Of a DNA stretch of 32,000 bases, positions 9,735-17,920 are shown piece by piece. A program made the position numbers and the translations under genes. Numbering within the stretch: position 1 is the stretch's first letter; each line of letters opens with the position of its first letter. The notes under the pieces were generated by a model, which was given only the letters and a program-made list of their open reading frames with translations, was not told the origin of the DNA and did no database searches. Location of the stretch: assembly GCF_000237865.1 (NCBI RefSeq), contig NC_017459.1, positions 2,280,001-2,312,000 of the forward strand, read 5' to 3'. This stretch comes from Haloquadratum walsbyi C23 (GTDB lineage: Archaea > Halobacteriota > Halobacteria > Halobacteriales > Haloferacaceae).

Positions 9735-9787
9735 CAGTAGTCTTTCCTATCGGTCCTGAAAAATTGAACACGGTGGTAAAATAGGTA

Positions 9788-9872
9788 TGCGTGGGACCGG
9801 ATTTGAACCGGCGGACCTCTACAGGACAGCGCCCTCAACGCTGCGCCGTTGGCCTGGCTTGGCTACCCACGC
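9788..9872 (-). tRNA. tRNA-Leu, anticodon GAG
   Basis: Minus strand reads GCGTGGG TA GCC..GGC G CAGCG TTGAGGG CGCTG, then a long variable arm (CCT GTAG AGG), T arm GCCGG TTCAAAT CCGGT, CCCACGC and A. It has a 7-bp acceptor stem and a class II long extra arm. No encoded CCA. Confidence 0.9.
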
Positions 9873-9900
9873 TTGTAATATCACGTCTTACGCAGACGAA

Positions 9901-9910
9901 ATTTATTTAT
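9901..9910 (-). promoter_or_regulatory. TATA-like box upstream of tRNA-Leu
   Basis: The minus strand reads ATAAATAAAT, centred about 33 nt upstream of the mature 5' end. Confidence 0.35.
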
Positions 9911-9999
9911 GGTAATTTATAGTAGTTTCCTTTCGGTCGGGGCAGCGTCATTGAGTCACAGCCAATATTGTTTAATCACGGACGACCATTCGACTGAAT

Positions 10000-10560
10000 A
10001 TGGCTTTGCGTATCCGTAATCATATACCAGGACTTACTGCGGCGTTGACGATCCTTTCACTTGCTGCTGTTTTTGCTGCTGTCCTTGGAGTGATTCCTCA
10101 GTCTTCACTCCCAAGAGCCCCAGAACCACTCATTGAATTAATTCCACATATAAATGCAATCATCAGCACCATCGCAGTCATGACGATTCTACTTGGGGTC
10201 CGATTTATTCGTCATGGGAATGTGCGTCGACATCGTGCGATGATGTTGACCTCGGTTGGATTATTCATTATGTTTCTTATTTTATATTTATATAAAGTCA
10301 TTCTCAAGGGTCCAGCAGAGTTTCTTGGACCTGACGTTATCTATCAATATATTTATATGCCAACGCTTGCGGTGCATATTCTTCTGGCAATAGTTTGTAT
10401 CCCCTTACTATATTATGTAGCACTTATTGCACTTTCACGACCAATTGAAGCAATCTATGAATCTCGACATAAAATCGTTGGACGAGTTGCCGCTTCATTG
10501 TGGCTTATTTCATTTGTGCTGGGAAATGTCGTCTATGTAATGCTATATGTTGTGTATTAA
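10000..10560 (+). CDS. DUF420 family membrane protein
   Basis: 186 aa with four or five TM helices. Pattern HINAIISTIAV...RHRAMMLTS...AVHILLAI is typical of DUF420. Confidence 0.7.
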   Translation: MALRIRNHIPGLTAALTILSLAAVFAAVLGVIPQSSLPRAPEPLIELIPHINAIISTIAVMTILLGVRFIRHGNVRRHRAMMLTSVGLFIMFLILYLYKVILKGPAEFLGPDVIYQYIYMPTLAVHILLAIVCIPLLYYVALIALSRPIEAIYESRHKIVGRVAASLWLISFVLGNVVYVMLYVVY

Positions 10561-10657
10561 CCAATTACACCGATAATGAGAAAATAATGGCTGAGTAAAA
10601 TTATATATATCTGAGTATTCTCATCGGTACTAGTCTGAAGTCAAGAGGGAACAAGAA

Positions 10658-10665
10658 AGTTTAGC
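10658..10665 (+). promoter_or_regulatory. weak TATA-like element upstream of ksgA
   Basis: AGTTTAGC centred about 28 nt upstream of ATG 10690. Relevant because ksgA appears detached from its usual operon. Confidence 0.25.
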
Positions 10666-10689
10666 ATCTCCAACAAGGAATAGTATCCA

Positions 10690-11580
10690 ATGACAGATGC
10701 GACCTCTGGGTCCGACCCCGACTCAACTACCCCCGTAGATTTAACCGGGGAGGATTTTCGAGATCCTGATGCTCTTCGTCGCCGGGCTGGTGTGTCAGGC
10801 GACCCAAACTTTGATCAACATTTTCTGATTGACGATCGGGTTTTAGATCGCATCCCAACATATCTATTAGATAGCACAGATACAACACACATTCTCGAAA
10901 TTGGAGCCGGAACAGGTGCACTCACTGATCGGTTATTGGCTGTTGGTGATACTGTCACTGTTATCGAACGCGATGCAACACTTGCTGCATTCCTTCGTGA
11001 GGAGTTCGCCGTTATGATTGATGACGGGCGACTCAATATTATCGAAGGCGACGCATTGGAAGTGACACTTCCGGCATTCACGACATGCATTTCAAACCTG
11101 CCGTACGGCATTTCTTCAGAGATTTTATTCGAGCTTCTTCCAGCTGACTGTCCGCTCATTGTCATGGTTCAACGCGAGTTTGGTGAGCGAATGGCTGCTG
11201 ATCCTGGAACAGACGCATATGGTCGGCTCTCAGTGAGTGCACAGCATTATGCCACTGTTGAAGTAGTTGAAACGGTCCCACCGACTGCGTTTGCACCTGA
11301 ACCAGCAGTTGACAGTGCACTCATCCGTGCAGAGCCACGAGACCCCGATTACACGGTTACAGATGAGACATTCTTTCTTCGATTTGTGAAGGCAGTGTTT
11401 ACACAGCGGCGGAAGACAGTTCGAAACGCAATCCGAAATACGGCGCATATCTCGATGCTTGATACTCCTGACGCAGTCGTCAATGCCGCTGATGAGGCAT
11501 TACTGTCTCAACGAGCAGGTGATCTGACACCAAGCGAGTTTGCTGAACTAGCAACAATTGCTGCTGAAAAAGGAAAATGA
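10690..11580 (+). CDS. ksgA: 16S rRNA (adenine1518/1519-N6)-dimethyltransferase KsgA/RsmA (Dim1)
   Basis: 296 aa. QHFLIDDRVLDRI, SAM motif LEIGAGTGALT, NLPYGISSEILF. Confidence 0.9.
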   Translation: MTDATSGSDPDSTTPVDLTGEDFRDPDALRRRAGVSGDPNFDQHFLIDDRVLDRIPTYLLDSTDTTHILEIGAGTGALTDRLLAVGDTVTVIERDATLAAFLREEFAVMIDDGRLNIIEGDALEVTLPAFTTCISNLPYGISSEILFELLPADCPLIVMVQREFGERMAADPGTDAYGRLSVSAQHYATVEVVETVPPTAFAPEPAVDSALIRAEPRDPDYTVTDETFFLRFVKAVFTQRRKTVRNAIRNTAHISMLDTPDAVVNAADEALLSQRAGDLTPSEFAELATIAAEKGK

Positions 11581-12215
11581 CGAACGAAGAGGCTCACAGC
11601 GATACAATTGATTCAACACTTGCTGAACGACGTAAGATTGAAACAACAGTATATCAGCCCGCCGAAGACTCAGCACTTCTTGCTGACGCAATTCATGAAC
11701 AGGGTCGAGGACGCCTTCTTGAAGTTGGGACCGGCTCTGGATGGGTCGCAACCACAACTGCAGCGGACGTTGATGCAGTCACAGAGATCGTTGCGAGTGA
11801 TTTAAATCCACACGCATGTCACGCCGCTGCGCAGCGAGCAGCATCGTCTGATGACACTACAACGCCGGTCTCAGTTATTCAGGGAGATCTTCTCACCCCA
11901 TTCGATGCAAACAGTTTTGAAACAGTTGCGTTCAACCCACCGTATCTTCCGACAGATCCAGATGTCGAATGGGATGACTGGATGGAGCATGCGCTTTCCG
12001 GTGGACCATCTGGACGAGAGGTAATTGAGCCATTTATCGACTCACTTAATCGCGTTCTCGCGCCTGATGGCATTGGATTAGTCCTTGTCAGCTCCTTAGC
12101 TGGATATGAAGAGGTAACACAATATATTGAGACAGCTGGATTTGAACACTCAGTCGTGATTGAAGAATCATATCCGTTTGAGACACTCTCAGTCCTTACA
12201 CTAAGACAGCAATAA
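11577..12215 (+). CDS. HemK-related / Mtq2-like N5-glutamine methyltransferase
   Basis: 212 aa. SAM motif LEVGTGSGWV and catalytic NPPY (FNPPYLP). Its start overlaps the ksgA stop by ATGA (11577-11580). Confidence 0.75.
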   Translation: MTNEEAHSDTIDSTLAERRKIETTVYQPAEDSALLADAIHEQGRGRLLEVGTGSGWVATTTAADVDAVTEIVASDLNPHACHAAAQRAASSDDTTTPVSVIQGDLLTPFDANSFETVAFNPPYLPTDPDVEWDDWMEHALSGGPSGREVIEPFIDSLNRVLAPDGIGLVLVSSLAGYEEVTQYIETAGFEHSVVIEESYPFETLSVLTLRQQ

Positions 12216-12276
12216 TATAACTCATGAGAATATATTGCTTTAGCAAATATTAAGCGCTGTCATTACATAATCTGGG

Positions 12277-13350
12277 ATGATGAGCGAATATGTAGCGACA
12301 TCGCCTGGATTGTTTCCACTTCCTGACTGGGCGAAATCAGAGTTATCGGATCTGAAGGGTCATCAAAAAGAGGATTTAATCACAGGCGATGAGTCATCAG
12401 AAGTCCGCGGAGTCTATGATACATCGCGAACAGAGGCAATCGAAACACAATTTGAGATGGGATTTGACCGTATTGTCGGCGGTCAGCACAGATGGGATGA
12501 TATGCTTGCACATCCGCTGACAATTCATGATAATGTTGAGACTGGTGGTATTATTCGATATTACGATAACAATAATTTCTATCGTGATCCACGGGTGACT
12601 GGTGAGCTCACCCCAACAGGAGATATTGCAGATGAATTAGCAGCAACCGCGGAGACGCTGACAGAGATTAACGCAAATAATGAATCCAACTCTGATTCTC
12701 CTGGAGGTGACACTGCGCTTCAGGCGGTTCTCCCCGGTCCATACTCATTAGCCGATCTTGCTACGAACAATTATTATCCAGATGAGGCAACATTCCTCTC
12801 AGCAATAGGGGAATTGCTTACAAAAGAGGCTGCAGCATTGCCGTCGCATGAAACCTTGTTTTTACTTGAGCCATCGCTTGTAACTGCTGCTCCAAATGAC
12901 GACATTGCACCGCTTGTCTCAGAGACAATCTCAAACATCGCAGATGCGACCGAATCGGAGGTTATTGTATACACTTACTTCGGCGCGTTGGATGAGAAGA
13001 CATACGCGTATCTTATGGATGCATCAGTATCGGCACTTGGGTTTGATATCGTCGCGGGTGAGCGAGAACAGACGCTATACAACGTCACTGAATATGGCGT
13101 TACCACGGATATCGCTCTTGGGGTCGCCGATGGGCAGAATACACTTGTTCAGTCCTCAGAAACACTGGCTGAACGTGCGAGTTGGTTCCAAAATCAGGTC
13201 CCATCAACTGAGTTTGATACTGTTTATCTCACCACCAGTGCTGAGCCGTTTTATTTACCTGTAAACAAACATCGCAAAAAGCTCACTGCATTAGCAGGCG
13301 CAACAACGGATAGTCCAAATGCAACAACGGAAACAGAGGTTGAAGCATAA
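12277..13350 (+). CDS. metE1: MetE-like protein, non-catalytic paralogue (cobalamin-independent methionine synthase family)
   Basis: 357 aa with a UROD/MetE-like fold. It lacks the His-x-Cys and Cys zinc ligands present in the downstream paralogue. Confidence 0.72.
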   Translation: MMSEYVATSPGLFPLPDWAKSELSDLKGHQKEDLITGDESSEVRGVYDTSRTEAIETQFEMGFDRIVGGQHRWDDMLAHPLTIHDNVETGGIIRYYDNNNFYRDPRVTGELTPTGDIADELAATAETLTEINANNESNSDSPGGDTALQAVLPGPYSLADLATNNYYPDEATFLSAIGELLTKEAAALPSHETLFLLEPSLVTAAPNDDIAPLVSETISNIADATESEVIVYTYFGALDEKTYAYLMDASVSALGFDIVAGEREQTLYNVTEYGVTTDIALGVADGQNTLVQSSETLAERASWFQNQVPSTEFDTVYLTTSAEPFYLPVNKHRKKLTALAGATTDSPNATTETEVEA

Positions 13351-14444
13351 TGTCACGTAACGCTGATAACCGCGCGCAGTTCCGTCCAGATGACCATGAT
13401 TCAAATCACTTCTTATTGACAACTGTTGTCGGAAGTTATCCAAAGCCAAAGTGGCTCAACCGCGCGAACGATCTTGTTGATGAAGACAGATCAACGTTTG
13501 ATCCGGATAATTTGACTGAGGCACACGATGATGCAGCGCGTCTCATTACGAAAGAGCACGAACATACTGGACTTGACACGGTTGTCGATGGTGAGATGCG
13601 ACGTGAAGAGATGGTTGAGTACTTTGCACACCGAGTCCCGGGGTATGAATTCAATGGACCGGTGAAAGTGTGGGGGCATAATTATTTCAATAAGCCATCT
13701 GTTACGTCTGAGGTCGAATACGACGAGCCATGGTTGGTTGATGAGTTCAACTTCACCACGGATGTAGCAAACCGGCCGGTAAAGGTACCAATTACCGGAC
13801 CATACACGCTTGCTCGGTGGTCATTTAATGAGGCATATGATACCGAAGAGGATCTTGCGTATGATTTAGCCGAGCTCGTCAACGAAGAGGTAAGCCGACT
13901 TGTCGACGCCGGTGCGAGATATATTCAGATCGACGAACCTGCACTTGCAACCACACCAGGTGATTATGCGATTGTTGGCGAATCCCTTGAGCGAATTGTT
14001 GACGATATCAGCACTGATGTTCGAATCGGTCTCCATGTCTGTTATGGAGATTACTCACGGATTTACCCTGAGATCAATGAGTTCCCGATTGATGAGTTTG
14101 ATGTCGAACTCTGTAATGATGGATATGAACAAATTGAGGTGTTCACTGAGCCTGCGTTCGAACCGGATCTTGCACTTGGAGTTGTTGATGCTCATGATGC
14201 AACCGTTGAAACTGTGACAGAAATAAAACAGAATATCAAACGTGGACTTGAGGTCGTTCCGCCTGAGCGGCTCACGATCTCACCAGACTGTGGGCTTAAG
14301 CTGTTGCCAAGAGAAATGGCTCGTGAGAAAATGGCAAATATGGTGCAAGCTACTCGTGAAATTGAAGCTGAACTTGATGCCGGCGATGTCGCAATTCCAG
14401 CTGTTGAGGACCCACCAATCGCATCGCAAGCCGACTCAACCTAG
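13350..14444 (+). CDS. metE2: cobalamin-independent methionine synthase, catalytic (MetE C-terminal-domain type)
   Basis: 364 aa. Zinc-ligand motifs GLHVCYGDY and ISPDCGLK. Its start shares one base with the metE1 stop (TAATG at 13348-13352). Confidence 0.85.
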   Translation: MSRNADNRAQFRPDDHDSNHFLLTTVVGSYPKPKWLNRANDLVDEDRSTFDPDNLTEAHDDAARLITKEHEHTGLDTVVDGEMRREEMVEYFAHRVPGYEFNGPVKVWGHNYFNKPSVTSEVEYDEPWLVDEFNFTTDVANRPVKVPITGPYTLARWSFNEAYDTEEDLAYDLAELVNEEVSRLVDAGARYIQIDEPALATTPGDYAIVGESLERIVDDISTDVRIGLHVCYGDYSRIYPEINEFPIDEFDVELCNDGYEQIEVFTEPAFEPDLALGVVDAHDATVETVTEIKQNIKRGLEVVPPERLTISPDCGLKLLPREMAREKMANMVQATREIEAELDAGDVAIPAVEDPPIASQADST

Positions 14445-14544
14445 CGCATAAGTACGTAGATTTTGTTCCGACTTATCTATAATTTATCTCATTACGGTGA
14501 CAATTTGTACTATCCTTGTGAAATGCCCCACGCATAGTAGCGCT

Positions 14545-14635
14545 GGGAACTCGCGTTGCTTGGCGTTTAGCTGTGAGAGGGCGCTAAGCCTCCTTCTTTA
14601 AGTAGCAACGCAGCGAGTAGAGTTGGGTAGTTCCC
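14545..14635. other. nested inverted-repeat element (candidate 3' UTR structure, bidirectional terminator or sRNA)
   Basis: Three nested stems. P1 is 14545-14551 GGGAACT with 14629-14635 AGTTCCC. P2 is 14553-14560 GCGTTGCT with 14604-14611 AGCAACGC. P3 is 14565-14571 with 14583-14589 (7 bp including one G-T), loop 14572-14582. It lies between the convergent genes metE2 and ndk, 4 nt from the ndk stop. Confidence 0.4.
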
Positions 14636-14638
14636 TAT

Positions 14639-15115
14639 TTACTCATACAGCCACGGGTCATCAATCCGTTCGTATGTATAGAGTTCTGACTCATCAAAGA
14701 ACAGTTGGATTTCGCGCTCATTTGCCCCCTCATCCTCATGATCAGATGCATGGATTACATTCCGACCAAGGTCAAGTCCATAATCACCGCGGATTGTTCC
14801 TGGCGCAGATTCAGCGGGGTCTGTTTCACCGACCATTGACCGGACCTGTCGGGTTGCGTCTGCACCTTCCCAGACCATCGCAAACACTGGACCGGCAGTA
14901 ATGAATGACACGAGATCATCAAAAAATGGCTTGTCTTTGTGTTCACCGTAATGATCGCGTGCGACTTCAGTATCAAGCCGAGTGAATTTTCCACCAACAA
15001 GCGTGAGCCCCCGGTCTTCGAAGCGACTTATGATTTCACCGATGAGTCCACGCTGGACACCATCAGGTTTGACCATCACAAAAGTTCGTTCATGAACTGG
15101 TGCTTCCTCGCTCAT
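14639..15115 (-). CDS. ndk: nucleoside diphosphate kinase
   Basis: 158 aa. [16 protein letters not shown] and NVIHASD (active-site His). Confidence 0.95.
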   Translation of the reverse strand: MSEEAPVHERTFVMVKPDGVQRGLIGEIISRFEDRGLTLVGGKFTRLDTEVARDHYGEHKDKPFFDDLVSFITAGPVFAMVWEGADATRQVRSMVGETDPAESAPGTIRGDYGLDLGRNVIHASDHEDEGANEREIQLFFDESELYTYERIDDPWLYE

Positions 15116-15303
15116 TCGTTTGCGTCTCCAGTGGACCCAGCCTCAGTCCACTCTAGATCACGGGGTTCGCGACCGAGACGATAGTTCTTCTCGGCTTTTG
15201 AATCTTTGAAATGAAGAATTGTCCCATCGGTCTTGACGAGCATTGTCCCGGTTCCAGGTTCGATTTCTTCACCAGAAAAGTCGCATGTTCGTGTTTCAAC
15301 CAT
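15112..15303 (-). CDS. rpl24e: 50S ribosomal protein L24e
   Basis: 63 aa. [16 protein letters not shown]...FKDSKAEKN. Its stop overlaps the ndk start (ATGA). Confidence 0.9.
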   Translation of the reverse strand: MVETRTCDFSGEEIEPGTGTMLVKTDGTILHFKDSKAEKNYRLGREPRDLEWTEAGSTGDANE

Positions 15304-15306
15304 CAG

Positions 15307-15531
15307 TTATTGACCTCCAATTGAGTCAGCATCTCGCTGTGTTTCACGAAGTTGTAGCACATCCCCCTCACGGACAGGTCCAAGCACATTGCGTGTGATA
15401 ATACGACCCTGATTAGACCCTTCCCGAATGCGGCATTTAACTTGCATTGCTTCGCCATGCATCCCAGTCTTGCCAACAATCTCGATTATCTCCGCAGAAG
15501 TTGAGTCACTCGCGGTCTCTTCAGCGCTCAT
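15307..15531 (-). CDS. rps28e: 30S ribosomal protein S28e
   Basis: 74 aa. [16 protein letters not shown]...[18 protein letters not shown]. Confidence 0.9.
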
Positions 15532-15537
15532 GATCGG

Positions 15538-15900
15538 TTATCTAAGTTCCTCAATCTTTGCTGTGATATCATCGACATCACTGTCTGCCTCGCCAGCGTC
15601 GATGATGGCAGCAGCAGCAGAGCCCACTTCAAGTCCTGCTGCTTGTCCAATCTCGTCTTGCGTTTCAACGAAGGCGAGCGTAATGCCTTTTTCATCGGCG
15701 AGTTCTGGAAGATGCATCACAATTTCTTCAGGAGAGACATCTTCAGCAACCAGGACAAGTTCAGCAGTCCCACGTTCGATAGCTTTGGTTGTTTCATTCG
15801 TTCCTTTCTTTACCGTTCCCGTGTCCCGAGCGACCTCGAGTGCTTCAAGAGCATCATCTGCAAGGTCAGCCGGTACATCAAATTCTACATAAACTGGCAT
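15538..15900 (-). CDS. rpl7ae: 50S ribosomal protein L7Ae (K-turn binding)
   Basis: The track ORF runs to 16182, but the conserved protein starts at ATG 15900 ([10 protein letters not shown]), giving 120 aa with [14 protein letters not shown]. The upstream extension is basic and not protein-like for a halophile. Confidence 0.9.
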   Translation of the reverse strand: MPVYVEFDVPADLADDALEALEVARDTGTVKKGTNETTKAIERGTAELVLVAEDVSPEEIVMHLPELADEKGITLAFVETQDEIGQAAGLEVGSAAAAIIDAGEADSDVDDITAKIEELR

Positions 15901-16319
15901 TGGTATTCTCCATCCCTGCTCGCGGGCTCGACTGCCACGCCGGCGAATCGGTCCCTGACGGCGAGGAGTATCATCAACCCCGTGCAGGTCGTAAACAGAT
16001 TTAATCTTGGATTGCATAAAAACGCTTTCAATGCCGGTGTCGCGTGCGAAACCGACACATGCTGCATCGCGGTGGTCTAAGAAGCGCTGAGTCGTGCGCC
16101 GATGATTTCTCAAAATTGAAGAATGATTAGGCTTATAAATATATTCCCAAGTAATGTAATATGTCTCATAATTAAACAGCAACAGAAATCCTGTACCACT
16201 GCGCCTGGGGGCTATTCACCCGGTCGGTGTGATTAATCTATATTCTCATCTGAGACAAATTCACTATTGAATCAGTTTATTTACATGTGGGTAATTAAAA
16301 TTATATTTTAGATATAGCT

Positions 16320-16805
16320 GTGACGGTCTCAATTTGGGGATGGATTGCGCTTACTCTCGCCGGAGTGGGCGTGATCGGAAGTGTGATACCGCTTATTCCT
16401 GGTGCGATTATATCAATAAGTGGTGTTTTGACGTATTGGTGGGCGAGCGGGTTCACTGAGCCACAAATAGGTATTCTTGCAGTACTGTTATTGGTTGGTG
16501 TCAGCACCGCTGTCGTTGACTTTGCTGGTGGGGCACTTGCCGCACATATAGGTGGTGCATCAAAAATAACGACTGGCATGGCGGTCGTCGTTGGGATTGG
16601 TCTGTTATTTATTACGGGTCCTGCTGGATTTCTTATCGGACTGGCAGGCACGGTTTTTATAATCGAGTTCGCACAATCTGCCGATAGCGAAGCGAGCATG
16701 CGAGCTGCCCTTGCCGCAACAGGTGGCGTTCTTGCCTCAACAGTTATTCAGTTTGTTATGACCGGTGGCATGTTTCTCACCCTTGGGATCATCATATTCA
16801 CATAA
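16320..16805 (+). CDS. DUF456 family membrane protein
   Basis: 161 aa, GTG start. GVIGSVIPLIPGAIISISGVL is typical of DUF456. Four TM helices. Confidence 0.62.
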   Translation: MTVSIWGWIALTLAGVGVIGSVIPLIPGAIISISGVLTYWWASGFTEPQIGILAVLLLVGVSTAVVDFAGGALAAHIGGASKITTGMAVVVGIGLLFITGPAGFLIGLAGTVFIIEFAQSADSEASMRAALAATGGVLASTVIQFVMTGGMFLTLGIIIFT

Positions 16806-17248
16806 GTTCAATATCTGATATTACTATGGTAGTTTGGACTACTGCTGTCCGCACGCGATTATATCTTTTATGTCGTAAGTATGAATTTGGTCGCCTGAAC
16901 ACGATTTAGGGAAGTGCGAGGAGAGAGCCTCGCGCTTTCGCGCGGAGATAAATCCGACAACCCCCACACGAATTACGTTGGACGTGTCAAACCGATGTTA
17001 AACCTGTCCTCACAATCAGCCAATATCGAGTTTTCCTCGATTTAACTTGAAAATATCATCTTCTATATTGAAATAGGGTGCAGGCAGTAAGAAGTACCTC
17101 CGAATCCCGTGCCGGAATAGCAGCACCGGTTTCGGCACAACCAGTAGCCGTCGTCAAGGCGTCTCCAAACTGTCCCCATCCAAACCCAGTGGTATAGAAC
17201 CGTAGGAATCTCTCCCCTTCAGGCGGAGATGTTGTCAAATCTAATTCA

Positions 17249-17893
17249 TTATGACCACGCAATCACACGCGCTGGTGCACCATCGGCGTCAATACGAAGT
17301 GGACAAACAAGCACTTCAGCGGTCTTATTGGGAAGTGAGGCAAGATTACAGATATTTTCAATGATCGGAAGACCGGCACCCAATAATGCATGATGGGCGG
17401 GAACTCCACCGTCGCCAGTCGGATCAGGACTCATCGCATCGGTTGCAACAGCAACACCAGCTGCAGCACATTGCTCAGCCGTTTGAGGGGCGAGTGCTGG
17501 ATAATCAGTCATTTGTGAAGTTCCCCATGCATCTTCCCATCCGGTGTGGAAGATAATGAGATCAATAGTCGTTGCAGAGTCAGTGAGCGGTGGAAGGACA
17601 GATGGATCGATTAGTGTGTTTGCCTCGAATGACCGACAATCAACGATATGAGCACTGAACTGGAGCTCACGTGGTGTAAATGTCTCCATCGATTCCCCGT
17701 CGGGCTCAGTATGTGATGGTGCATCGATGTGCGTCCCTGTGTGCGTCCCGAGAGTAACTGTCGATACACGATATCCGTCAGTCTCAATATCTGCATGTGC
17801 GGTGATATCGACCGGTGGATCCGCAGGATAAACTGGCATTGATGATTCAATCGGTCGTGTCAGATCAATCACTGCAGATTCATCAGGAAACAT
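17249..17893 (-). CDS. cyclase family protein (kynurenine formamidase-like)
   Basis: 214 aa. Signature GTHTGTHIDAPSH, plus HTGW later in the sequence. Confidence 0.75.
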   Translation of the reverse strand: MFPDESAVIDLTRPIESSMPVYPADPPVDITAHADIETDGYRVSTVTLGTHTGTHIDAPSHTEPDGESMETFTPRELQFSAHIVDCRSFEANTLIDPSVLPPLTDSATTIDLIIFHTGWEDAWGTSQMTDYPALAPQTAEQCAAAGVAVATDAMSPDPTGDGGVPAHHALLGAGLPIIENICNLASLPNKTAEVLVCPLRIDADGAPARVIAWS

Positions 17894-17920
17894 TGATAAA
17901 GTATATTACCTGAAATAAAT

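Larger units (their letters stand above)
7150..9787. mobile_element. remnant of an integrated element (provirus/plasmid-like) at the tRNA-Leu 3' end
   Basis: The integrase gene start (9734) lies 53 nt from the 3' end of tRNA-Leu on the same strand. Hand-counted G+C of 60-nt lines inside is 57-62 percent (8461-8580), against about 48 percent in the flanking DUF420 gene. ORFs inside have no housekeeping identity. The left boundary is approximate and set by the composition change after the mbf1 promoter. Confidence 0.55.

Noticed and set aside
10561-10689. Inverted repeats or IS remnants shared by the two putative inversion junctions (10561-10689 and 26169-26356)
   Set aside because: I could see no convincing reverse-complement match between the two spacers by eye. 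The inversion hypothesis therefore rests on gene order only.
15428-16080. Plus-strand ORFs 15428..15892 and 15643..16080
   Set aside because: Both are antisense to rps28e and rpl7ae or run through its leader, and their composition is not protein-like.
15901-16182. 94-codon N-terminal extension of the rpl7ae ORF
   Set aside because: The conserved L7Ae sequence begins at MPVYVEF. The extension is basic, Tyr/Asn/Arg-rich and AT-rich, so I treat it as non-coding leader or promoter.
17109-17138. SRP RNA helix 8-like motif CCGGAAUAGCAGC
   Set aside because: It resembles the GGAA tetraloop plus AGCA of SRP RNA. However, no base pairs close the tetraloop (GGAA is followed by UA). The surrounding sequence includes a long AT-rich stretch unlike GC-rich haloarchaeal 7S RNA. 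I could not build helices 5, 6 and 8.
17056-17262. 68-aa minus-strand ORF overlapping the cyclase stop
   Set aside because: It overlaps the 3' end of a supported gene, and neither its composition nor any motif supports coding.
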